A stretch of DNA of 64,000 nucleotides from Bacteroidia bacterium (GCA_039918435.1 JBDSHN010000056.1:7756-71755), one strand, 5' to 3'; shown: positions 9,577-20,067, counted from the stretch's first letter. The notes: generated by a model not told the origin, from the letters alone. A program made the numbers and translations.

Positions 9577-11010
9577 TTATTTCAAAACAAATCTTACTGG
9601 TTGTTTCATCTCAATCCTTACCGGTTGGCCTCCAATATATCCGGGAGTCCAACGAGGGAGTGTTTTCATCACACGCAGCGCTTCCGCATCTAAGAGCGGG
9701 GAAGTTCCTTTTGCCACTTTCACGTCTTCCACAAAACCCAATTTATTAATTATAAAACTGATATAGCAGGTGCCCTGAATTCCGTTATGCATTGCCTCTG
9801 CCGGATATTTTGTATTTGCTTTAAGAAAAGATTGAAATTCACCATCGAGAAAATCAGGCATTACTTCTGCAAAGCTGAAAGCTTCGGCATTTAAATCGCC
9901 ATCCGGAAAGTGCAATTCTTCAGATTTTACTGGTGTATTTTCTAGTATCTCTTCGGGCGAAAAGCCATTGGGACTGTAAACCTTCCACGTACCTGGAACT
10001 TTTTCTCCCATTTTGTAATCACCTTCTTTAAAGATTTTGTTATCACTGTACCGAATTTCGTGGCCATTCAAAGTGTCATTAGTGTAAAAGCTTTTACGGT
10101 AAATTTCTCCACTAGAATAGTAATCAGCGTAAAGGCCATTTCGTCTGCCGGCATGATATTCAGCAATTGATTCGGTTTTTCCGTTTTTATAATATTGAGT
10201 GCTTGTTCCTTCCAATAAGCCGTTAGAAAATGTTTCTGTGTTTACAAGGGCTTCATCATTATTATATAAATTGATTGTGCCATTTCCATTAACAAGTTTG
10301 CCTGATTTTTTGTTCTCTTTTCCATTCTTTTTTAATTGATGAATAAGATTCCAGCAATTGCCGTTTTTGTATTCCATTTCAAGACGAAGTTTTCCATCAG
10401 GATAAAATTCCCTGTTAATTCCATCCAAAAGCCCTGCTTTATAATTGCCTTCAATAAGTAAGATTCCCGATGCCGAAAAATATTGGTATTCTCCCTGAAG
10501 CTTGTTGTTTTCATAATGTTTAATGGATTTTATCTGCGCGTTATCGTACCATTCAGTAAATTTTCCCACGGCCTTTCCACCTGCAAAAGTTCCCGAAGAC
10601 AGCGGTTTCCCATTTAAATGGAAACTTCTTTGTTCGCCTTCAATACGTCCCATTTTATAAAAACTGACAGAGCATGTATCGCCGGTTTTGTAAAATCGCA
10701 TTGAATTTCCATTTAAGATCCCTTTTTCATAGGAAAGAACACGCTCTGCTTTATTATTTAGCCCGCGAAATATCCAATTACCATCAGGTAAATTGTTGTA
10801 ATATGTGCCCTGAGTGATTTGAACACCTTTATAGGTTTCAATGAAATCACCTTGTAGAACGGTGGGGCTATTTTTGAGAACTGAATACGATCTCGAATAT
10901 TCTTTCGCTGGAAATTCTGTGATTTTTTTCAATTCCGGTTCAACGTCTGTGACTAAACCGATATTAAAAACAGCTAAAATCAAAATAGAGAAGAGAGAAA
11001 GCTTTGTCAT
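9577..11010 (-). CDS. TonB C-terminal domain protein with MORN/YwqK-like repeats
   Basis: Repeated G.L.G....YY.NG units; C-terminal YPAEAMHNGIQG..YISFIINK.G and PRWTPG..GGQPV; signal peptide from the ATG at 11010. Confidence 0.8.
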   Translation of the reverse strand: MTKLSLFSILILAVFNIGLVTDVEPELKKITEFPAKEYSRSYSVLKNSPTVLQGDFIETYKGVQITQGTYYNNLPDGNWIFRGLNNKAERVLSYEKGILNGNSMRFYKTGDTCSVSFYKMGRIEGEQRSFHLNGKPLSSGTFAGGKAVGKFTEWYDNAQIKSIKHYENNKLQGEYQYFSASGILLIEGNYKAGLLDGINREFYPDGKLRLEMEYKNGNCWNLIHQLKKNGKENKKSGKLVNGNGTINLYNNDEALVNTETFSNGLLEGTSTQYYKNGKTESIAEYHAGRRNGLYADYYSSGEIYRKSFYTNDTLNGHEIRYSDNKIFKEGDYKMGEKVPGTWKVYSPNGFSPEEILENTPVKSEELHFPDGDLNAEAFSFAEVMPDFLDGEFQSFLKANTKYPAEAMHNGIQGTCYISFIINKLGFVEDVKVAKGTSPLLDAEALRVMKTLPRWTPGYIGGQPVRIEMKQPVRFVLK

Positions 11011-11084
11011 ATTTGGTTTTGTAAAATATAAAGATGACAATATTTTACGCTTATACTACTGTAGGATTTCCTTTCAAAATCCAA

Positions 11085-11669
11085 CTACCCCCAATGAAAA
11101 CAATCCGCAACCCTGAACTTCCCACCCTTCGTCCCCTTATTTTTCGAATGCAATTTCCTGTTCACCTTCTTACTCCACCGCTTCATCTTTTTCTGAAACT
11201 TATAAGAAGCTGAATAATGTTTTTGTGAACCGCCACTGCCTGTGGTAAACGTAGTTTTGTTTGTGTTGACATCCGGATTATTGGAATTACTGTTTCCCGT
11301 ATTGTCATTGTTTCCGCGATCATTATTCACCACATCATTGTTGCGATCATTATTGACCGGATTTCTGTCCACCGGATTTTGTTTCTGCTGCATTTGTGAA
11401 TTCCGGTACTCTTCATCCGCTTTTTTCTGCGCATCATGGCAAGGGCAATTCGGATTTCTTGGATCGTTCAGATCGTACTTGACAATTCCTGTATCAGGAA
11501 CAATTGTTTTTTCATTGACTGCTAGGGAGGAGTCTTTTTCAATAGATGTTCCCGACTCCGCTCGAACAGCCATCGAAAAAGTAAGACACATCATAAATAC
11601 AAACAAAGCAGGCACAAGGGAGTTTCCCCTGTGCCGCTTTGATGATCGAGATGTGTTAAGCGTTAACAT
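11085..11669 (-). CDS. Secreted hypothetical protein coupled to alpha-2-macroglobulin
   Basis: TAATG stop/start overlap at 11667-11671; hydrophobic leader; DPRNPNCPCH motif; Asn-rich linker; basic C-terminus. Confidence 0.7.
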   Translation of the reverse strand: MLTLNTSRSSKRHRGNSLVPALFVFMMCLTFSMAVRAESGTSIEKDSSLAVNEKTIVPDTGIVKYDLNDPRNPNCPCHDAQKKADEEYRNSQMQQKQNPVDRNPVNNDRNNDVVNNDRGNNDNTGNSNSNNPDVNTNKTTFTTGSGGSQKHYSASYKFQKKMKRWSKKVNRKLHSKNKGTKGGKFRVADCFHWG

Positions 11670-14600
11670 TATTGGACATTTTTCTTAATCGTTACCCTGT
11701 CTACTGAACTCCATGTTTTGAATTCATTCGTGTAATACAAATACGCGGAGGAAGCAGGTGCATCGTATTCACCTGGAATTTCAGCTTTGAGATCAAGATT
11801 GATTTCTTTCACAGCGCTTACATCCATTCCACGGTAATAGATCGCGAGATTATTTCCTTTGATCTCGTAATAGTCAAAAACTTTTTTCTCCTGCATTTCT
11901 TTCAGCTGCCATGGCTGAACGGTAAACCCTGCGGGAATTCCGATGATTGCCATCGTGCTTGGGATCGTTTCTTTTTTCCTGTTGGTGAGCGTGCAATTCA
12001 TGCGTACAGTTTCACCAACAGCAGCATTGGTTGTGGATAGTTTTGTGGTGAGTCCGAGTGCACATTCTTGATTTGAATTCGGGAGCGCTGTGCTATAATT
12101 CACGGCAACTGAATATGGAAGCGGTGTTTTTACTCCGACGAATTTTACTTTTACCGTGTGTTCGCCTTCGCCAACAACTGCTGTTTCAAGACTGTCAATT
12201 TCAATTGCACCTTTGTCGCCGGCTTTGTAATTTCTTGTCTCTACTTTTTTGTTGTCGACATACACTTCAATGGTTCCGTCTTCTGTAGTCTTCTTGCTGA
12301 ATTTCGCATATTCTGTCAATGCTTTCAATGCTAGAATTGTTCCCTGCGTAGAGCTGAATACACCTGACCCGCTTCGTGAGCCAACTAAATACTGAACTGC
12401 ATTTGTCAAAGCAGCACCATTTCCTGAAGGCGATTTTATCATTGCTAAAATTGCAAGTGAAGTTGTTTCAGTTGTCAAGGATAAACCTTGTGAATAAGTG
12501 ATTGAATGTGTCGTGCCTGTCCAGCTGCCGTCTTTTGCCTGCTGAGCCATCAACGAATTCATTGCTGCATCACCTTTTGAATTATCACCGAGTGAATAAG
12601 CTGCATTCGACATCATTGCAAGCATGTACGGATCTTTTGTTTCAGTTGCTTTTTTATACGATGCATCAAATTCTTTTTTGATGTCTGTATAACCTGACTC
12701 AGCAAGTGCGAATACGATGTATGCATTCAGAATATCATCAGAGATCCTTCCGAAATCGTGATACGCATGTGCTTCTCTTTTGAACCCGCCGTTTCCATCG
12801 CGGTGACTCATTAGCCAGGTTGCAGAGCGGTCAATCATATTCTGATCCACCTCGCCGCCTGCTTTTTTCATGTCGGTAAATTCCATGATGCCGTAAGCTG
12901 TCAATCCTTCGTGACCTGGATTTGCGCCGAACCATTCATAACCTTTATCAGGCGCTTCGAAGGTGGTGAGACGTTTGTACCCGCGATTTAAAAGATCATT
13001 TGCTTTTGCTAAAGTTGCATCGTCTTTGCTGTCGGTGGTATGTAAATAATCCAACACCATTGCATTCGGATAAGCGGAACATGATGTTTGTTCGAAGCAA
13101 CCGTAAGGCTCGCGCAAAATTCCTGCAACGCCGGCCATCAGATCACTGACAACATTCGGGAACGCGGTGAAATTAATTTTCAAGGATCCTTTTACTAATC
13201 CCTTTGTTGTGAACCGGAATTCTTTTTCTTTTTCCTGTCCTGAAAAAGAAGCGGCAACAGGAAATCCTTTCGGCGCTATTTTTATTTTTTGTGTGAATGC
13301 ATCGCCGAGTCCGCAGGATTTAAAGCTGATTGTAAATTCACCTTCTCCGATCGTGTTCAATACTTCGTAATCGAGGTAAATCACTTTTGCTTTTCCTGGC
13401 ATGATCGTTTGTACGGATGGAATTTCAACCAGCGGCTTCATCGCATCAGGAGCAGTAATGGTAAGGAATCCACCCAAAGGTCCGTCTGTATTGTTTTTTA
13501 ATGTCAATGGAATTGAAACATGGTCTTCTGTTGCCACTTCCACCGGAACTTTTGTGCTCATCGCGAACGGAAGCTGTGTGAAGAAATTTTTCTCTGTTCT
13601 TCCAACGGAACCATTTGTTCCTACTCCTTCAACGGTTGTGCGGAATGAAGTCACATCATCGGAAGTGTAAAACTCAACAACTTTTTTTCCTGTGTTGTCA
13701 ACCGCGATATTCGGGTTCCAGTAAATTGTATTCCTGAAATCGGTTCTTGTTTCCACATTTTCTTTTTTATCATAGACAGGAGCAGAAAATTCGCGCTTGC
13801 GATAATAGACCTGTGAAGCAACCGGAATATTTATATTTTCATTTATTGAATCTGCTGCAAAACCAAACCTGTTTGCACGATCATCCCTGCTGCGGAATTT
13901 TTCATCTTGTTTACCAGCCATGGGTATCTTGTGGGCATCTTCATCGTTCTGCGCAAACTGATCCTGCGGAGCTTCGGCCTTTTTATTTTCTGCACGGGCA
14001 TTATCAGGTTGCGATTTGGATGGCTTCGGTCCTGATTTCTGAACGATGGCCTTATCCTTATCCTTGCCCATTCCATCTCCCTGCCAACGCGATGGTTTAA
14101 TCTGCATTTCCTGCGCATTCACTCCCGCAGGTGCACAAAAAACCCTTGACGGCTGCCCTGCCAACATTACATTAGCGGGCTCTGAATTTTCTGACAATGT
14201 AATGGTAGTAGGTTGTGCTTCGGGATAGAGGTAATAAGTTTGATCCTGCGCGTAATTATAAATCATGATCGTTTGCGGATTATAATTTTCATTACCAATT
14301 GTAAGTGCTGTCGGTTTTGAAAGATCTAAACGGGTAAAGGTGAAATTTCCATTGGCATCTGCCTGGTATTCGACTCCGTTATTGATTTGAACCTTTGCAT
14401 TGGGAACAGGTTTGGCAGTATACGCATCAAGAACAGTTCCTGATAATACTGCACGTTCGCCCTGATAAGCAATGTATGGCAATCCGCCTGTCATTACTTT
14501 TTCCCATGTAAACCTTCTCCAGCCCGAAGTCATCAATAAATAATCCAAAGCAAGATCCGCTTTCGGCTCGTTTTTGTCGAAATAGAAAGCAGGCTCTTCT

Positions 14601-16144
14601 ACTTTTACTTTCAGATCTTCCTGCAGCAAAAGCTGTGAGAGAATATTTCCCTGTTTATCATCAGCGAATGAAAGCAACTGATCATTTACAACCGCCATAG
14701 AAAGGTTTGCAGGCATCGGAAGACCGCGATCATCTTTTACATTGATTGTCATCACAACTTTTTCTCTTGGCAGGTATTTGTCTTTTGATGTGGTAATGGA
14801 AATATTCATTTGTTTTTCTTTGTTTACAAATGCCAGGCGCTCTGCACATGCAACTCCTTTGGAATCGAACAGCGTTATTTGTGTTACGCCTACCGGGAAA
14901 GCTGCTGTAGGAAATATGATTTTATTTTTTCCTTTATTCGCATTGATGATCGTAGAGTAATAAATTTTTCCACGGATCTGCGCAATCAAAGAAAGCTCTT
15001 CTGCTTTTGATGCATTGATGTTTACACCGACTTCTCCTTTTTTTGCATTATCGATATTCATCACATATCCTTCAGGTAATGCAGCAGGAAGCGGGTACGT
15101 GGCTTTGATACCTTCCGGTTTTGTGATCTTCACATGATATTTTTCATTGGGTTGCGGGCTGAACGTAAATGCGCCCATCCCCATGTGATAGCTGGAGAAA
15201 GCAGCAACCTGTGAACCTTTTTCTGTGAGTACAACACCCTCAATATCCGCAGGCTTTCCGAATTCATTTAAAGCGCGGAATGCAACTGTTCCTTCAAGTC
15301 CGCTTACAAGATCGCCTCCTTCAGGAAAAAGTTCGAGCGATATTTTATTCATCACAATCGGAATAGAACGTGAAATACTTTCTGTTGATCCGTTATAATT
15401 GATCATTACATTTAAAAGACCATCATTGCTTGTAAGGTTAGCAGGAAGTTTGAAGTGAATATATTTTTCACCATTCTCATCCGTCATTTCGGCCTTCTCA
15501 ATAATTTTATCGCCATCAATGCTGGTTACATAACGGATCGAATAATTGGAAAGCGGCTTGTTCTCATTCGTATTTAAATTCAGCTTCGCGATCACTTCAT
15601 CACCGGCACCGAACGCCTTCTTTTCGAAGTCGAGCTTCATTTTTAAATTCGGAAGAATAATTTCCTGTACAGTAATTTCTTTTTCAAATTTATTGTCAAC
15701 GCCTTCATTCTTCATCCAATTCGTAAAAGCACGCACTTTATATTGTCCGCCCACAGCTGCTTCCTCCAATGGAAAATCGCACGCCGCAACCCCATTCGTT
15801 GCGATGAGATTGAGTGTTTTTTCGATTGTGCCTTTTGGATTGATCAGTTCAATATGAACGATGTCACTTTTTTTAGACGACTTTAACGTTTGGCCATTGC
15901 GTACAAAAACAGAAAGCCACATCGTTTCTCCGGGAGAATACATGGGCTTATCCATTTGCACATAAATGCGGTCTTCCGGCAATTGTTTGTTGTATGCCGT
16001 AAGTTTTTCTTTTACCGATCTGATGAATTCATTTTCCATCGCGAGCTGGTAATATCCTTCGGGATACATCCACGCAATAACTGTAAACAATAAGATTGCT
16101 ACTGTTCCGATGAAGAGTCTTTTTTTGGTAATTGCTTTGTCCAT
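11669..16144 (-). CDS. Alpha-2-macroglobulin / thioester-containing protein (MG2, A2M, TED domains)
   Basis: MG2 start DRIYVQMDKPMYSPGET; TDFRNTIYWNP A2M motif; thioester-like GCFEQ at 13088-13102; alpha-helical TED segment; 1491 aa. Confidence 0.85.
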   Translation of the reverse strand: MDKAITKKRLFIGTVAILLFTVIAWMYPEGYYQLAMENEFIRSVKEKLTAYNKQLPEDRIYVQMDKPMYSPGETMWLSVFVRNGQTLKSSKKSDIVHIELINPKGTIEKTLNLIATNGVAACDFPLEEAAVGGQYKVRAFTNWMKNEGVDNKFEKEITVQEIILPNLKMKLDFEKKAFGAGDEVIAKLNLNTNENKPLSNYSIRYVTSIDGDKIIEKAEMTDENGEKYIHFKLPANLTSNDGLLNVMINYNGSTESISRSIPIVMNKISLELFPEGGDLVSGLEGTVAFRALNEFGKPADIEGVVLTEKGSQVAAFSSYHMGMGAFTFSPQPNEKYHVKITKPEGIKATYPLPAALPEGYVMNIDNAKKGEVGVNINASKAEELSLIAQIRGKIYYSTIINANKGKNKIIFPTAAFPVGVTQITLFDSKGVACAERLAFVNKEKQMNISITTSKDKYLPREKVVMTINVKDDRGLPMPANLSMAVVNDQLLSFADDKQGNILSQLLLQEDLKVKVEEPAFYFDKNEPKADLALDYLLMTSGWRRFTWEKVMTGGLPYIAYQGERAVLSGTVLDAYTAKPVPNAKVQINNGVEYQADANGNFTFTRLDLSKPTALTIGNENYNPQTIMIYNYAQDQTYYLYPEAQPTTITLSENSEPANVMLAGQPSRVFCAPAGVNAQEMQIKPSRWQGDGMGKDKDKAIVQKSGPKPSKSQPDNARAENKKAEAPQDQFAQNDEDAHKIPMAGKQDEKFRSRDDRANRFGFAADSINENINIPVASQVYYRKREFSAPVYDKKENVETRTDFRNTIYWNPNIAVDNTGKKVVEFYTSDDVTSFRTTVEGVGTNGSVGRTEKNFFTQLPFAMSTKVPVEVATEDHVSIPLTLKNNTDGPLGGFLTITAPDAMKPLVEIPSVQTIMPGKAKVIYLDYEVLNTIGEGEFTISFKSCGLGDAFTQKIKIAPKGFPVAASFSGQEKEKEFRFTTKGLVKGSLKINFTAFPNVVSDLMAGVAGILREPYGCFEQTSCSAYPNAMVLDYLHTTDSKDDATLAKANDLLNRGYKRLTTFEAPDKGYEWFGANPGHEGLTAYGIMEFTDMKKAGGEVDQNMIDRSATWLMSHRDGNGGFKREAHAYHDFGRISDDILNAYIVFALAESGYTDIKKEFDASYKKATETKDPYMLAMMSNAAYSLGDNSKGDAAMNSLMAQQAKDGSWTGTTHSITYSQGLSLTTETTSLAILAMIKSPSGNGAALTNAVQYLVGSRSGSGVFSSTQGTILALKALTEYAKFSKKTTEDGTIEVYVDNKKVETRNYKAGDKGAIEIDSLETAVVGEGEHTVKVKFVGVKTPLPYSVAVNYSTALPNSNQECALGLTTKLSTTNAAVGETVRMNCTLTNRKKETIPSTMAIIGIPAGFTVQPWQLKEMQEKKVFDYYEIKGNNLAIYYRGMDVSAVKEINLDLKAEIPGEYDAPASSAYLYYTNEFKTWSSVDRVTIKKNVQ

Positions 16145-16310
16145 GGTATTTATTTTAAGAAATAGAATTTGCCGTTTACAGCATAAGGATGCGGAGCAAG
16201 GAGCAATTCCATACGCACACGTCAGGTTTTTGAAAAAAAGTAAGTTGAGTCGTGTAACTTATTTAAGATCAGGCGTTATTTGACAGGATATTCACCGCAT
16301 TAATATTCCT

Positions 16311-16318
16311 TACCTTTG
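16311..16318 (+). promoter_or_regulatory. Bacteroidota -7 element
   Basis: TACCTTTG 18 nt upstream of the ATG at 16337. Confidence 0.5.
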
Positions 16319-16336
16319 CCAACAATTAAATTTTTA

Positions 16337-16888
16337 ATGAAAAAGCTTCTTATTTTACTTTTTGCAATCGGCTCATTCACCGTCGCTGCTCAATCCCGAC
16401 AATCACTTTTATCTGCTGCCTTACAAAACTCCAACGCAAGCGACACGTTTTTTTTAATGCGTGATTCTGTGCTCGCACATATTTATTACGATGCAGAATC
16501 GGATTCTATGATGCTGGCCGATCTCAAAAGAGAAAAACTGATTACACAAGAAGATTTGGTTTATATGACTGCCCAGTTGAATGCTTACAAGCCACATACC
16601 TGGACAGCTGATTCTATTCCGAACGCGCAAATTGTTCCTTCATCAAAAACGCCACATTCAGCAATTTCGTTTAAGAAGTCTGTGAAAGCATGGAGCTCAT
16701 ATTTTAAAACATATAGAGCAGGATATTACGATGTGTCGCAACCTATCTTTTCAAAGGATGGGACACTCGCCATTGTATATGTAAGCTTTCAATGTGGCGC
16801 AAGTTGTGGAAATGGCGGGGCAACTTTATACAAATTTGAAAAAGGAGCGTGGAAGCCGGTGAAGAATTTATTTTCGTGGGAGAAGTAA
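16337..16888 (+). CDS. Secreted hypothetical protein with C-terminal CxxxCG motif
   Basis: Signal peptide MKKLLILLFAIGSFTVAAQ; SQPIFSKDG...FQCGASCGNG. Confidence 0.7.
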   Translation: MKKLLILLFAIGSFTVAAQSRQSLLSAALQNSNASDTFFLMRDSVLAHIYYDAESDSMMLADLKREKLITQEDLVYMTAQLNAYKPHTWTADSIPNAQIVPSSKTPHSAISFKKSVKAWSSYFKTYRAGYYDVSQPIFSKDGTLAIVYVSFQCGASCGNGGATLYKFEKGAWKPVKNLFSWEK

Positions 16889-16941
16889 TCATCTTCAGGT
16901 AATAGCATCTCATCATAGCACGGGATCAGATCACCCAGTCA

Positions 16942-18135
16942 TTAAATTCTAAAAGCTGCTTTAATTTTCGTCGGAAAAGTTTTCTCCACAACAATTTTAT
17001 CACATCCGTTAAATTCTGCGAAGCTTTTAAGTGCGGAAGCAAACGCGGGAAGAAATTCGTCCATATCGTCCGGTGCATGTTCGAGATAAAAACTTTTTAC
17101 GTAAAAAATCCCTGTCGAACGATCAGCTTTCGGATCGAATTTGCCAATGAATTTATTCTTGTATAAAACCGGCAGACAGAAATAGCCGAATTTTCTTTTG
17201 TGCTCCGGCAGATAACATTCGAGCATAAAATCATATTCAAATAAACTTTTTAATCGTTCCCTGCGGATAATCAGGTTGTCAAACGGCGAAATAATAGCCA
17301 AAGAATGTTCAGTTCCGGATTTATTAATTGGTAATCGTCCCGATAGCTTATCGGGAGGTAATTGATAATAAATTTCTTTAGCACGATCCACCTTTATTTC
17401 AGAAATTTCTCCTGCCAGCAGCATTTTATTTATTGTTGCTGCCACAAATGAATTCATTCCTTTTCGTAAATGCGTCATGTCTTTTAATGAAGCGAAACCA
17501 TGCGCACGAATGGTTGAACGGATTAAATGTTCCGCAAGCTCTTTCTTCGATGGAATAGTTGTGTTGATCGTTGCCGGCAAAACTCTTTCTGTGAGATCGT
17601 ATACTTTTTGAAATCCTTTTCGTTCAACGATCATCAGCGAACCATCCTGGAATAATTGTTCAAGCGCGATTTTCGCAGGCTTCCAATCGAACCAGCTGCC
17701 CCTGCGTTTGTCCGTTTCAAAATCCTTCGATTGCAAAGCGCCTTCTGCCTTAATTTTATCCAGCACATATTTATGAATCTTCTTGTCTTTTGCGAACCAA
17801 TGTTTTCTTCCGAGAATAAATTCCTGCTTACGCACAAGACTGAAACGAAAATCTTCCATGGGTAGAAATGCAGCGGCATGACTCCAGTATTCAAATATTT
17901 TTTTCTCCCGCATTAATTCATGGAGATGATTTTCTGTATAACCTTGTGTTCGATTCCATAATGTATGATGATGGGCGCGGGCAACAACTGCAAGCGTATC
18001 CAGCTGCACATAACCAAGATGACGAATTGCGTTTAAGGCGCCGGTTTTCCCTTTGCCGAATGAACGGCCAATGCCCTGCGCATGAAGCGCAATAGCAATA
18101 GCCTCTTCTTTGGAAATCAGTGTTGTGTTTTTCAC
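16942..18135 (-). CDS. YcaQ/AlkZ-like winged-helix DNA glycosylase (interstrand crosslink repair family)
   Basis: VQLDTLAVVARAH (QxD), FEYWSHAA, ISPFDNLI, RKFGYF motifs; GTG start. Confidence 0.85.
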   Translation of the reverse strand: MKNTTLISKEEAIAIALHAQGIGRSFGKGKTGALNAIRHLGYVQLDTLAVVARAHHHTLWNRTQGYTENHLHELMREKKIFEYWSHAAAFLPMEDFRFSLVRKQEFILGRKHWFAKDKKIHKYVLDKIKAEGALQSKDFETDKRRGSWFDWKPAKIALEQLFQDGSLMIVERKGFQKVYDLTERVLPATINTTIPSKKELAEHLIRSTIRAHGFASLKDMTHLRKGMNSFVAATINKMLLAGEISEIKVDRAKEIYYQLPPDKLSGRLPINKSGTEHSLAIISPFDNLIIRRERLKSLFEYDFMLECYLPEHKRKFGYFCLPVLYKNKFIGKFDPKADRSTGIFYVKSFYLEHAPDDMDEFLPAFASALKSFAEFNGCDKIVVEKTFPTKIKAAFRI

Positions 18136-18203
18136 AATTAAGAAAAATGAATTGCTAAGTTAGGAATCAAATGAATGGCTAACTTTATTTTAAATATCTT
18201 CCA

Positions 18204-19217
18204 ATGAAACGTTTCTTTTTTTTAATAATTTCCTGCATTGTTTCAGTTCAGCTTTCTGCAGGTGCCGGATTTTTCAAAACACTTTTCGGTGATGGCGATC
18301 ATGAATTCGTTTGTTATTCACGAATTCACAGAGCGTATTACCTTGCTATTTTTGGCGCTGTCATATTATTGGGTATGATTGCTTACAGCAGGTACAGAAT
18401 TAAAAAACGAGCCGCTGAAAAATTAGCGATCCAAAATAACATAATCGAAGATCAGAATAAAGGTATTCTCGACAGTATCCGTTATGCATTGCGCATGCAG
18501 GAAGCGCTCAAGCCAGAGCAAAGTATAGTGAGCGCTCTGTTGCCTGAAAGTTTTTTCTATCTCCGTGCACGGGATATTGTCAGTGGAGATTTTTACTTTG
18601 TAGACGCTTGTAAAAACAAAATCGTTCTTGCAGCAATCGATTGTACAGGTCATGGCGTTCCCGGTGCGTTCCTTACTTTCATCGGGCATACGGCATTGCG
18701 TCATGCGATAGAAACATTTGGTCCGGAAAATCCTTCACAACTTTTGGCGGCGATGAATGCGGAAGTAAAAAAAACACTTGGGCAGCAGCGTTCAGGAAAT
18801 GAGCTGAATGATGGAATGGAGGTTGGACTTTGCATTTATGATCCTGCAACAAAAAAAGTTTCCTATGCAGGCGCAGGAATTCCATTGTCGGTTTTCAGAT
18901 CAGGAAAGTATGAAGAAATCAAGCCTGCAAAAACTACGGTGGGCTCTGTTGAATTGCATGTAACAGAGCCGCCACCCACGCATACAATTCAACTCGCTGA
19001 TGGTGATTCATTTTATATCGGCAGCGATGGAATGACAGACCAGTTTGGTGGTAAAGACGGTAAAAAATTCAAACGCGAGCAGTTGCGGAATATCCTCGTA
19101 GAAATGCAACCGCTGAATATGGTTGAGCAAAAAAACCGTCTTGAAAAAACGATGTCGGATTGGATGCAGGGATTTGAGCAAACTGATGATATGCTGTTGA
19201 TAGGGGTGAGGGTTTGA
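18204..19217 (+). CDS. Membrane-anchored SpoIIE/PP2C-type phosphatase
   Basis: VSGDFY, DCTGHGVPGAF, SDGMTDQFGG, TDDMLLIG; N-terminal signal plus one TM helix. Confidence 0.85.
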   Translation: MKRFFFLIISCIVSVQLSAGAGFFKTLFGDGDHEFVCYSRIHRAYYLAIFGAVILLGMIAYSRYRIKKRAAEKLAIQNNIIEDQNKGILDSIRYALRMQEALKPEQSIVSALLPESFFYLRARDIVSGDFYFVDACKNKIVLAAIDCTGHGVPGAFLTFIGHTALRHAIETFGPENPSQLLAAMNAEVKKTLGQQRSGNELNDGMEVGLCIYDPATKKVSYAGAGIPLSVFRSGKYEEIKPAKTTVGSVELHVTEPPPTHTIQLADGDSFYIGSDGMTDQFGGKDGKKFKREQLRNILVEMQPLNMVEQKNRLEKTMSDWMQGFEQTDDMLLIGVRV

Positions 19218-19346
19218 AAAAATTCCGCTTTCGGATTTCTGTTTTAAAAAATCAGATTAAAAAGTTTTTGGTTTTTTGCCCCGGATTGTTTTTATTAACC
19301 AATCGATTGCAAACTTTAAGAGAAAAGAATCACTGGGATTTTAGAT

Positions 19347-19964
19347 ATGGAAACAAATACAAAAGCTCATTGGGAAAACGTTTTCGCAACAAAAACGGAG
19401 AACGAAGTAAGTTGGTTCCAGGCATATCCCAAAACATCAGTGGAATTTCTAGAACTTTTTGATCTTCCTGTCGACGCAAATATTATTGACATCGGCGGTG
19501 GCGACAGTCATTTTATTGATGTGCTGATTGAAAAAGGTTATAAGAATATTTACCTGCTGGATATTTCTTCTAACGCAATCGAACGAACTAAAAATCGCCT
19601 CGGTGCAAATGCAGATAAAGTAAAATGCATTATTTCGGACGTAGTTGATTTTATTCCCCCTGTGCAATTTGATTTCTGGCATGATCGTGCTGCATTTCAT
19701 TTTCTGACCAATGAAGACCAGGTTAACCGATATGTTTCTCTCGCTGAAAAAGGAATCCGCAAAAATGGCTATCTCATTCTTGGCACATTTTCCGAATCAG
19801 GGCCAAAAAAATGTAGCGGACTTGAAATAAAACAATATTCCGAAGTATCAATGTCGGCAAGATTTGAAATTGCATTTGACCGCATTAAATGTGTGGAAGA
19901 AAATCATACAACTCCGTTTCATACTTTGCAGCATTTTCTTTTTTGCAGTTTTAGCAAGAAATAA
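19347..19964 (+). CDS. Class I SAM-dependent methyltransferase
   Basis: IIDIGGGDS SAM motif; WHDRAAFHFL; GPKKCSGL. Confidence 0.85.
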   Translation: METNTKAHWENVFATKTENEVSWFQAYPKTSVEFLELFDLPVDANIIDIGGGDSHFIDVLIEKGYKNIYLLDISSNAIERTKNRLGANADKVKCIISDVVDFIPPVQFDFWHDRAAFHFLTNEDQVNRYVSLAEKGIRKNGYLILGTFSESGPKKCSGLEIKQYSEVSMSARFEIAFDRIKCVEENHTTPFHTLQHFLFCSFSKK

Positions 19965-20067
19965 AATGTATGCGCAGAAAGATTTTTTAATTCCTTTCAG
20001 AAGTAAATTGACTTGTCCGCAACGAAGTTTGGAAATAACAAAAAAAATGCCCTAATTTTACCTTGCA

